A stretch of DNA of 52,813 nucleotides from a virus. Lineage: Duplodnaviria; Caudoviricetes. Where the stretch lies: IMG/VR virus record IMGVR_UViG_3300033513_000011, positions 1 to 52,813 of that record; one strand, 5' to 3'. This document shows, piece by piece, positions 26,630-34,559 of the stretch. The notes under the pieces are model-generated. The model saw only the letters and a program-made list of their open reading frames with translations. It made no database searches and was not told where the DNA came from. Position 1 is the first letter of the stretch; each line of letters opens with the position of its first letter. Both the position numbers and the translations under genes were made by a program.

Positions 26630-28546
26630 ATGACCTCACCAGGTATCTACTGGGCTGAGCTACAAACACCCGAGTTCTTTGGCACGCATGCTTTAGGTAG
26701 CCAGCCTGTTTATCTGAAAGGGCAGGACCACACACTAAACCCCATCTTGGCATACCTGCGTGGTCAGGCCCTCATGCCTCATAGGGAAACGGACGACTTT
26801 AATCGGATCTCCTTAGGTGCAAACTGGCAGATCGTGCAGAACACCCCTCAGATTCTTAACAACAAGCTGCGCGGTGAAAGTGTCACGATCAATAAGTTAT
26901 ATTGGATTGGCTCTCCCTATGGACCAAACCAGTACAGCCAAGCCAAGATGTACAGCACAGCTGCTGGTTCTTGGCGCGGTGTGACCTGTCGCAACAGCGG
27001 CACAAGTCCAGCTGATCACAAAGCCTATGTACTTGGTATCTCGTCCTGCGGAACATCTGTCCAACTGCGTTACTGGTGGCAACACGACTCGACTTGGGGT
27101 TACTATCTGGATGCCAATTTCCAGACAGTCTCTTGTGTGGAGGGTAGCACCCTGCGGCTTGAGGTCACTGGCCAAGATCCCAATATTGTTCTGAAAGCCT
27201 ACATAAATGGCGTGCTGGTTAGTACCCTAGCTCAGGCTAACTTCGCTGATCAGGCAGCAATCATCAATTCCGGTAATCCTGGCCTTTACATTCACCAGCC
27301 ATTGTATGACGTTGAGGATGATTGGGAAGGAAGCGACCTGGATCACCGGCTATCCGCTTACCTGAAGGGTGGTCTTATATCCAGTCGGCCCGCTTATACT
27401 AGTGGAACTTCAGAGGGCACGCCTGCCAGCAGTTCACAGGTGGTTTATCTAAAAGGAGAGGACTATGGTAGCACACAACTATCCGGATACTTATGGGGAC
27501 TCGACTACCTGGTCGGACAGCTGGACGGGTACCTACGCGGACAGCTCGACTTATCGGGCTATCAACCCGGGTTTTCAGCCGGAGGACAGCTCGCTAGCAC
27601 TTCGAGAGATGCGTTTCTGGCAGGGGGAGAACCTGTATCGGATACACAAGGGGCATACCTCGCTGGTCAAGATACAGGCCAGGCTGCGCAGGCAGTCTAT
27701 CTTACGAGCCAGGACGTTTCCAGTTCAGCGCAAGAAGGGTACACGGTAGGGCAAGATGTTGCAACATCCAGCCTTCCTGCTTTTTCTGAAGGCCTCGCCC
27801 CTACTGGTCTCTCACAGCAAAGCGTCTATGTAAAAGGACATGACCATGTAAGCAGTGATCAGCCCGGATACGCCACCGGCAGCCAAACTTCCCAGTCTAG
27901 CACACCGGCTTACCTAAAAGCGGCAAATGCGGCAAATGCCGCCTTCTCCGCCTACCTGGAGGGTTTTACTCCCGGCACCAGTGCAATCATTGCCTGGCTG
28001 CGCGGGGCAGACTCGGCCGGATCTACCACCCCTGCGTTTTTGGCTGGCCAGGTGACAAGTGCCCAACCGGCTTACTTGTCAGGAGGGGTATATGCCAGCT
28101 CAGTTCAAGACGCATACACTGCAGGGCAAAGCGATCTCAGATCTCAGCAAACAGCATACGCAAGAGGCCAGGAGACAGGAGAGAGCCAGCAGGCGGGATA
28201 CGCGTGCGGCCAATCACAAGGGTACTCACAAGAAGCATCCTTCCTAGCTGGTGTTGCTACAGCCTCTGGTAGTCAAACTGCATACCTGCAGGGCATCACT
28301 GGCACTTCGAGCATGCCGGCTTTCCTGGTAGGTATTTCCTTTGAAGAGGAAGGATACCTGCCAGCTTACCTCAAAGGTAGCCGCAGAGCCATACCAATCG
28401 AGGGAGAGTTCATTACCACAACTGTAAGCATTGAGGGTAAATTCTCCCATGAAGTGGCACTTGATGGTGAGTTTTCTCACGAAGTGATGCTTGAAGGTGA
28501 GTTCGATATAGAGTACAATATAGCTGGATCTTCAAGTGGGATGTAA
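26630..28546 (+). CDS. AYLxG-repeat virion protein 5 with lectin-like insert
   Basis: DDFNR...LRLEVTG...AYINGVLV...SGNPGLY insert, long regular 14-aa repeat run, C-terminal 10-aa (L/I)xGxF repeats. Confidence 0.75.
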   Translation: MTSPGIYWAELQTPEFFGTHALGSQPVYLKGQDHTLNPILAYLRGQALMPHRETDDFNRISLGANWQIVQNTPQILNNKLRGESVTINKLYWIGSPYGPNQYSQAKMYSTAAGSWRGVTCRNSGTSPADHKAYVLGISSCGTSVQLRYWWQHDSTWGYYLDANFQTVSCVEGSTLRLEVTGQDPNIVLKAYINGVLVSTLAQANFADQAAIINSGNPGLYIHQPLYDVEDDWEGSDLDHRLSAYLKGGLISSRPAYTSGTSEGTPASSSQVVYLKGEDYGSTQLSGYLWGLDYLVGQLDGYLRGQLDLSGYQPGFSAGGQLASTSRDAFLAGGEPVSDTQGAYLAGQDTGQAAQAVYLTSQDVSSSAQEGYTVGQDVATSSLPAFSEGLAPTGLSQQSVYVKGHDHVSSDQPGYATGSQTSQSSTPAYLKAANAANAAFSAYLEGFTPGTSAIIAWLRGADSAGSTTPAFLAGQVTSAQPAYLSGGVYASSVQDAYTAGQSDLRSQQTAYARGQETGESQQAGYACGQSQGYSQEASFLAGVATASGSQTAYLQGITGTSSMPAFLVGISFEEEGYLPAYLKGSRRAIPIEGEFITTTVSIEGKFSHEVALDGEFSHEVMLEGEFDIEYNIAGSSSGM

Positions 28547-28622
28547 CGTCTAGAAGATCCAGCCCAAAACATGACTATGTAACCTGGCCTGTCCCATTGA
28601 GATGGAAGCATCCATGTCCATG

Positions 28623-28646
28623 AAGCGCGCATATCCGCGCTTTTTT
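28623..28646 (+). terminator. probable intrinsic terminator
   Basis: AAGCGCG-catatc-CGCGCTT followed by TTTT. Confidence 0.6.
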
Positions 28647-28669
28647 GCATTCCAGACAGGAGGTTACAA

Positions 28670-29140
28670 ATGTCCCTTATTCAAGGACAACCCCGCGTTC
28701 GGTATGCTGAGCACTTCAATCCCGGCGATATCGCTGCCCTGTCATTTGAACCTAAAGTGATTACGATCGAGAAAGACCTGAGTGGCGGCGCTGAAAACTG
28801 GGACTTCTGGAGTGCTCCGGCTGGCACCTTCATCCAACAGGTCTTTGCCTACGTGGTTGAAGCCGCTGTAGGCGCCACCCCTACCGTAGAACTGGGCCTG
28901 GATGGTAACGCGGACGAGTTTATCGACACATCGGACTTCGATCTGTCCACGGCCGGCAACTGGGCCACTAACATTGGCTCCACTGTTGCGACCAGCCCTA
29001 ACGGCAAGTTCCTGCCCACTGGAGACGTGATGCGCATGACCATCACAGGCACGAATCTCTCTGCAGGCAAGGTGCGAGCCGTTATTTCTTACTTTGAAGT
29101 GGAAGACATGTTCGACCGTGGCATCCACATTCAAGGCTAA
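28670..29140 (+). CDS. putative capsid decoration protein
   Basis: 156 aa beta-sandwich pattern (APAGTFIQQV...TVELG...GKVRAVISY) next to scaffold and capsid genes. Confidence 0.55.
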   Translation: MSLIQGQPRVRYAEHFNPGDIAALSFEPKVITIEKDLSGGAENWDFWSAPAGTFIQQVFAYVVEAAVGATPTVELGLDGNADEFIDTSDFDLSTAGNWATNIGSTVATSPNGKFLPTGDVMRMTITGTNLSAGKVRAVISYFEVEDMFDRGIHIQG

Positions 29141-29162
29141 CTTCTAGGAAGGAATCTTTCCC

Positions 29163-29855
29163 ATGTTATTCCCCATCCGCCCCATGTTTGACAAGGATCA
29201 GGACCCCGCAGGCGATCCGCCTGAGCCACCTGATTCTAAAAAGCAACCGGCCGGTGATCCCCCTAAACCCCCAGAACCCAAGAAGGAAGAGAACTGGGAG
29301 GAACGCTACATAGGCTTGCAGAAGACCGTCGCCAAGAAGGACGGCCAGATCACGACGCTGCAGGAGAAGATCGACCAGTTGGTTGCTGATCTCGAGGAGC
29401 TGCGTACCAATGCCAGCGCCACCGAGAAAGACAAGACAACCCTCGAAACTTCTGCCAGGCAGCTTCAAGAGCAAATGGCAACCCTTACCTCTGAGCGCGA
29501 TGGCCTGAAGAAACAGCTAGCCCAACAGCAAGTAATCATCAACAAGTTCCCGCAGCTTGCGCACTTGGCCAAGTACATCCCTCCAGCTGAGACCGAGGAA
29601 GACTTCATAAAGAACGCTACTGACTTTGCCGCCGACCTGAAAACGGCCATTGACAGCGGCGTGAAGGACCTCCTCAAAGGGGCCTCGCCGCCCCAGCCGC
29701 CTGACGACCGCAAACCTCCTACAGAAGATGCAGAGGAGGTAGCTTACCGCAAGATGGTCAAGCTGGCTGGCGTCCCAGGCAAGGAAGAGGAGTATGAGGT
29801 TGCGCGCAAGGCTTGGCTAGAGCTTTCTCAAAAGGCTCCAACTCCTACCCCATGA
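29163..29855 (+). CDS. capsid scaffolding protein
   Basis: Pro/Asp-rich N-terminus, WEERYIGLQ, long coiled coil, directly upstream of MCP. Confidence 0.75.
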   Translation: MLFPIRPMFDKDQDPAGDPPEPPDSKKQPAGDPPKPPEPKKEENWEERYIGLQKTVAKKDGQITTLQEKIDQLVADLEELRTNASATEKDKTTLETSARQLQEQMATLTSERDGLKKQLAQQQVIINKFPQLAHLAKYIPPAETEEDFIKNATDFAADLKTAIDSGVKDLLKGASPPQPPDDRKPPTEDAEEVAYRKMVKLAGVPGKEEEYEVARKAWLELSQKAPTPTP

Positions 29856-29863
29856 GGTGAGAT

Positions 29864-31246
29864 ATGACTACGGGTGACTTTGACACCTATTACTCAGACA
29901 ACCCCTGGGAGGTGATCGACAAGAATCAGAGGACGTGGTACGACCCGGACTTGATCGCGTTGTTCCGGCAGCGCGCCCTCTTCACCCCTACCATCCAGTT
30001 CGTAAAGAACCTTGGTGACGTTCGCGCTACCAAGATGGTGATGAACCAATTGCTCGATCCCCACCCGGACTACACCGCTCTGGCCGTACGCCAAATATGG
30101 ATGCCAGCCAGCCACATTGACTCCCGCCAACTGGAGATCACGTTCACCAGGTACGGCGGCAAGGTGGCCTACAACAACTACGATGATATGGTGACCTACT
30201 GGCGCCAGAATGGCCAGGAAGGTATTCGCCGTATCATGCGTGGTGCTCTGGGTTCGCATATGACGGATGTCCTGGACCTCCTGGCCCGCAACGCCTATCT
30301 GAAAGGCGCTCTGGACACCGGTTATGTGCTCTACCAGGGTGGAGGCACCAGTTTCAACGACATCGCCACGACCGACCTCTTTGACATCAAGATTGCCATG
30401 GAGATCTGGCTGGGCATGTCCCTACGAGGCGTAGCCTCAGCCTTGGGCGAAAGCGGTGTTGCCAATAGCATCGTTTGCTATACCACGCCCTCTGTGATCT
30501 ACGATATCCAGACCGTCACAGGCAGCGAGTGGATCTCGGTCAACCAGTACCAGGGACAGCAAGCCCTCCTGCGCTACGAGGTTGGCTCCTACAAGAATGT
30601 GCGCTTTGTGCAGTCGCCCAAGCTGGTCTTGTGGAACGCCGGCGCACTCATCGCCCAGGGCACCATCGGTGCTGCAGTGCATGCGGGCGATGGCGCCCCT
30701 GATCCCTCCTCAACCAAAGTCGACGGGACGTACATGGTGGGGCAGGAAACTGCCGGCATCGTGAACTACATCCCGGTCAGCACTTGGACGACTGGTGCAT
30801 TGTCGGATATCAACGTCAATGACGTGATTACGATCCACCTGACCCGCACCAGCTCTTACGGCATCACCAATGGCGTGAACCCCTTCGAAGGAACCGCCCA
30901 GGTGCGCCGCGTGGTTGCCAAGGTGGATAGCTCCCCCGATCAACTCGTCCTGGATAAGCCAGTCATGCTGGACTTCGCCACCGATCTCGGTGCTGGAGTC
31001 TACGGCTATGTGACCAAAGGTCGCAACGTTCACGGCAACATCTTCGTTGGCGGCCCACAGGGTATTGTCAGCGGTGTGGCTGCGCCCCCGCGCCTCCACA
31101 CGCCTCCGCCTGTTGACGACTTCGAGATGGTTCAGCGCTTCTCCTGGGATGCCTATATGGGCTACCAGCCATACGCGCCGGAGGTCTTCGAGGTTGTCTT
31201 CTGCGCTGGCACAACCCGCTTGAAGGGAGCCGGAGCGGTCCAGTAA
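29864..31246 (+). CDS. major capsid protein (HK97 fold, N4-gp56-like)
   Basis: RYGGKV, YEVGSYKNVRFVQSP, DDFEMVQRFSWDAYMG motifs; position after scaffold. Confidence 0.85.
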   Translation: MTTGDFDTYYSDNPWEVIDKNQRTWYDPDLIALFRQRALFTPTIQFVKNLGDVRATKMVMNQLLDPHPDYTALAVRQIWMPASHIDSRQLEITFTRYGGKVAYNNYDDMVTYWRQNGQEGIRRIMRGALGSHMTDVLDLLARNAYLKGALDTGYVLYQGGGTSFNDIATTDLFDIKIAMEIWLGMSLRGVASALGESGVANSIVCYTTPSVIYDIQTVTGSEWISVNQYQGQQALLRYEVGSYKNVRFVQSPKLVLWNAGALIAQGTIGAAVHAGDGAPDPSSTKVDGTYMVGQETAGIVNYIPVSTWTTGALSDINVNDVITIHLTRTSSYGITNGVNPFEGTAQVRRVVAKVDSSPDQLVLDKPVMLDFATDLGAGVYGYVTKGRNVHGNIFVGGPQGIVSGVAAPPRLHTPPPVDDFEMVQRFSWDAYMGYQPYAPEVFEVVFCAGTTRLKGAGAVQ

Positions 31247-31247
31247 C

Positions 31248-31883
31248 ATGACTACACTCGGTGATCTTCGCCTGCGCATACTGCGCATGCTGGACGATCC
31301 AGAGGGAGGTGGGTATCCTAATGAGCTGCTGTTCGACGGCATGTGTGCAGCTCTAGATGCCATCCTCCCCTGGGTGCCCAAGACAGCTATCACCACACTT
31401 GCCTGTGATGGTACGCTGACCGCCTTTGCGCTTCCGGATGATCTCTATGACATAGAGTCGCTGGTGGCCTACAACGGTGAAGTGCTACCGAGGATATCTC
31501 TGTCGCCCGGGAACTTCCTGGGCGTCAATGCTCCCAACCCTTATAGCTGGCTCGAATACCCTGCTGGCTCTGTCTCTTTTGGAAAAGCACCACCTGACGC
31601 AGTTACTCTGTACTACTTGGCTTACTGGGATAAACCCGAAACCTATGATGCTAACTTCGTCCTTACCACACCAGGTTATGCCATACATGGTTTAGCTCTT
31701 TACTCAATGGCCTACGCTTTGAACCCAGCTGCTGTAGGGGTGGCTGAGATCAACCCGTACAAAACCAAGGTGGATAGTGGCACACCGGAGCACAACCCGC
31801 TTCAGCGTTCTGTCACTTTCATCCTGGAGGCCTTCACGCGCGAGATGAATCGCCACCCGAAACACATGAGGGCTGTCAAATGA
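31248..31883 (+). CDS. head-tail adaptor protein
   Basis: MTTLGDLRLRILRMLDD, FALPDDLYDI; position after MCP. Confidence 0.65.
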   Translation: MTTLGDLRLRILRMLDDPEGGGYPNELLFDGMCAALDAILPWVPKTAITTLACDGTLTAFALPDDLYDIESLVAYNGEVLPRISLSPGNFLGVNAPNPYSWLEYPAGSVSFGKAPPDAVTLYYLAYWDKPETYDANFVLTTPGYAIHGLALYSMAYALNPAAVGVAEINPYKTKVDSGTPEHNPLQRSVTFILEAFTREMNRHPKHMRAVK

Positions 31884-32449
31884 CGGACCCTATACCGACC
31901 GAGTTTCCTCAACAGATCATCCCCATGCTGCTATGGCGCTTGAAGGAGCACCTTGACACCGTGATGGTGCAAAACGTGCCCGAGTCAAGCCCAACCAGGG
32001 CTGTACTGGTCAAAGTGGGACGGTTTCAAGAGGACCCAATAGACAAAAACGTCTCAATAGCTATATCTAGTGGCGACTTCGAAGATCCCAAATATCTGGA
32101 CGCGCGCATTGACAACCCTGGAGTAGAGGACTTTATCTTGCGTAACCTGCCTGTCGGCGAGATCGGAGGCGGCGAATACTGGTGGCGCAGAGGCTCGATC
32201 TACTTCTCGACTTACTTTGTCCGGCAACGCTATCCAGAAGAACAGGCCATGCAATATGCCTATGAGTTCTACGGCAGGCTACTCCAGCAAGTAAAGCTGG
32301 CCAATATCGACCTGCCTGTCGATGACTTTGGTGAAGGCGCTTTCCCACCTGTCTACATCGAAGGTGCCTCCTTCTTCGAGAGTGGAGGCAAACAGAAGTT
32401 CATCTGGCGCGGGAAGCTCCTTTGGAGAGTTCTTACTTGGCGACCTTAG
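31880..32449 (+). CDS. putative tail terminator / neck protein
   Basis: Position before tail tube; alpha-beta pattern. Confidence 0.5.
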   Translation: MTDPIPTEFPQQIIPMLLWRLKEHLDTVMVQNVPESSPTRAVLVKVGRFQEDPIDKNVSIAISSGDFEDPKYLDARIDNPGVEDFILRNLPVGEIGGGEYWWRRGSIYFSTYFVRQRYPEEQAMQYAYEFYGRLLQQVKLANIDLPVDDFGEGAFPPVYIEGASFFESGGKQKFIWRGKLLWRVLTWRP

Positions 32450-32464
32450 CCCGGAGAGTGTGAT

Positions 32465-33547
32465 ATGGCAATTACTGCCCAAACCGGTATTTTCTCTTTC
32501 GGCGGTCAAAGTGCCAAGGGTACTATTGCAGCTACTTTCTATCAGCATCGTGGTTCGGACATCGACCTGGCAACCGTTTCGGATGACCGCCTGGGACCGC
32601 CTGAGGTTGGCGGTATCCCCACACCGACCATCCCTTACCGCGCTGGCGTCATGGCCACCGGTGGTGCTCTGATCAACCCACGCCTCGAGAACACCCTGGG
32701 CTGGTTGCTCTACGGTACCATGGGTGCTATCAATACCCTCAGCGACAAAGATGTTCTGGGTAATACAGTCACCTCGATGTATACCCATGAGTTCACCTTT
32801 GCTACAGATGCTGGCTATGTGCCTTGGATGAGCTTCCGTAAGCATATCCCGCCCATCTCTACTGGCGGCTTAGGCGAGCTGTTCCAAGACTGCAAGGTTG
32901 TAGCCTTGACCCTGGCTCTTCCCAATGATGGCCTGATCAACGCTCGTGTGGATGCCCTCGGTATCGCTTCTGGGGCCAACTTCGATGATGACCCCAGCTG
33001 GACCTACGGCAACACCCAGTTCGAGGACTGGCAGTCCATCCCCATTGGCTCTGTGACCGGGGGCTTCCTGAAAGTCCCTGACTTCTCAGCAACTGCCCTG
33101 CCCATTACGCAGGCAACCGTCACCTTCCAGAACGCACCCCTAGACATTCGTATGGAGAAGGTCTACGGGTCGCCCTACCTGGAAGATGTAACCATCGTCG
33201 GGCGTCAAATGACGGTGGATATGGTGCTCAAGTGGACTGACCCCCAGCTCTACTTGAAGATCCTAACTGGTTCCACTACTGGTACCCAGTGGGTAGCTCA
33301 ACCCTTCCTTGGCGACCTGGACGTATACAGCCTGTCATCCAAACTGGCAGGTGGTGTAAGTCCAGATTCTGCCTATGGTCTGCGCATCCAGGCCCCTGAG
33401 ATCATGTACCAGGTGGTCGGCGGCATCCGCTTGGCTGGCGGACAGTCCGTGATGATGCGCCTTACAGGCACGGCCATTGCTGGCGGTGCTTATTACTCGA
33501 AGATCAGCCTGGGTAATAAGAACACCACCTACACCTGGCCTTCATAA
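32465..33547 (+). CDS. major tail tube protein
   Basis: 360 aa; QSAKGT, LGWLLYGTMG, YTHEFT, FQDCKVVALTL, GRQMTVDM patterns; position before chaperones. Confidence 0.8.
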   Translation: MAITAQTGIFSFGGQSAKGTIAATFYQHRGSDIDLATVSDDRLGPPEVGGIPTPTIPYRAGVMATGGALINPRLENTLGWLLYGTMGAINTLSDKDVLGNTVTSMYTHEFTFATDAGYVPWMSFRKHIPPISTGGLGELFQDCKVVALTLALPNDGLINARVDALGIASGANFDDDPSWTYGNTQFEDWQSIPIGSVTGGFLKVPDFSATALPITQATVTFQNAPLDIRMEKVYGSPYLEDVTIVGRQMTVDMVLKWTDPQLYLKILTGSTTGTQWVAQPFLGDLDVYSLSSKLAGGVSPDSAYGLRIQAPEIMYQVVGGIRLAGGQSVMMRLTGTAIAGGAYYSKISLGNKNTTYTWPS

Positions 33548-33556
33548 AAGGACAGT

Positions 33557-33601
33557 AGGATCGGGAGGGAGAGCGCCTCCTACGTTTTCCCTCCTGATCC
33601 T
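33557..33601 (+). terminator. long hairpin after tail tube gene
   Basis: AGGATCGGGAGGGAGAGCG / CGTTTTCCCTCCTGATCCT 19-bp stem with GU pairs; no clear U tail. Confidence 0.5.
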
Positions 33602-33613
33602 CCACGCCGTGGA
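33601..33613 (+). repeat. palindrome TCCAC-N3-GTGGA copy 6
   Basis: TCCTCCACGCCGTGGAGGA overlapping RBS of 33621..33851. Confidence 0.85.
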
Positions 33614-33620
33614 GGATACT

Positions 33621-33851
33621 ATGGAAAATGCCAAGCTCACGCTACACCTGAGGCGCACCAAGCATGGAAGCCTTGTACCAGAGAAGATCACCATTGGGGA
33701 ACATTCCATCCCAGTCGTGGCCTGTCAGCTCAACTTTTCAGCAAAGGGCGAGGTGGACTACGCGGAGATCAGGATATCCATGTGGCAGTGCGACTTACAC
33801 ATTACGGAGGAAATGGAAAATGCCAGTCCAACTGATAGCGCCGATCTATGA
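33621..33851 (+). CDS. small hypothetical protein inserted between tail tube and chaperone
   Basis: Start MENAKL at 33621 after GGAGG. Confidence 0.55.
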   Translation: MENAKLTLHLRRTKHGSLVPEKITIGEHSIPVVACQLNFSAKGEVDYAEIRISMWQCDLHITEEMENASPTDSADL

Positions 33852-34278
33852 AGTATTCACGCTTGATAGGACGGACACAAAGTATGGAAACACGGGCGAA
33901 CCCACTGTCATCACAGTGAAACAAGCCCGGGAGCACGAGCATATTACACGCCAGCGCCTCTATGCCAAGCTGGAGCGCAAATGGTCAAGCGAAGACGATC
34001 CTGATGACATCCGTCTCATCCAGGAAGTCTGTCAGGAAGAAGTTCGACGTGAGGAAGCCTACCTGACTCTTGTAGATTGCAACCTTTTAGACCCAGAGGG
34101 CAAGTTGTTGTTCAAGTCCTCTAAAAGCAAGAACGACGACCACCCTCGCCTGGTTATGGATAAACAAGCTTTCTATCAGGCTTGGGGTCTGCTCTTTCCG
34201 GACATTGCACAAGAGATCATTGAGAAAATTCACGAGGTAAACCCTCAGTGGGCAGGCCCGCTGGGGGAAGCCGGGTAG
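33820..34278 (+). CDS. tail assembly chaperone (gpG-like)
   Basis: Start MPVQL at 33820 after GGAGG; between tail tube and TMP; ends IHEVNPQW then slippery site. Confidence 0.75.
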   Translation: MPVQLIAPIYEVFTLDRTDTKYGNTGEPTVITVKQAREHEHITRQRLYAKLERKWSSEDDPDDIRLIQEVCQEEVRREEAYLTLVDCNLLDPEGKLLFKSSKSKNDDHPRLVMDKQAFYQAWGLLFPDIAQEIIEKIHEVNPQWAGPLGEAG

Positions 34279-34559
34279 AGGGGGGTCTCGAAGAACTCCG
34301 GCAGGCGCTGTTCGACTACTACGGCGCCCTGAATGAACTAAGAACACTTGCTGAAAGCCAGCCGATACTGGCTTCACAGGTAAAGATCCCAGAGAAGCCT
34401 GAGGCTTTGAAACTCTGGGAGATGTGTCAGGTAAATGGCGTACCGCTCGTCAGTGGTGGTCTTCTAGACCAACCGCATATTTGGCTCGAGGAGCAGGCAG
34501 TTGTCATAAGCACTCAGAGACAGTTTGATATTGCCCAGCGAGGACAAGATGGCAGATAG
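34263..34559 (+). CDS. -1 frameshift extension of tail chaperone (gpGT-like)
   Basis: G GGG GAA heptamer at 34263..34269 in frame; -1 frame is open to 34559 (GSRVEGGLEELRQ...GGLLDQPHIW). Confidence 0.75.
   Translation, partial: GGSRVEGGLEELRQALFDYYGALNELRTLAESQPILASQVKIPEKPEALKLWEMCQVNGVPLVSGGLLDQPHIWLEEQAVVISTQRQFDIAQRGQDGR

Noticed and set aside
29894-31396. Several minus-strand ORFs over the capsid gene
   Set aside because: Shadow ORFs caused by strong codon bias of the MCP
33477-33819. Longer upstream starts given by the ORF track for 33477..33851 and 33664..34278
   Set aside because: They overlap the tail tube gene or hairpin; RBS-supported starts are 33621 and 33820
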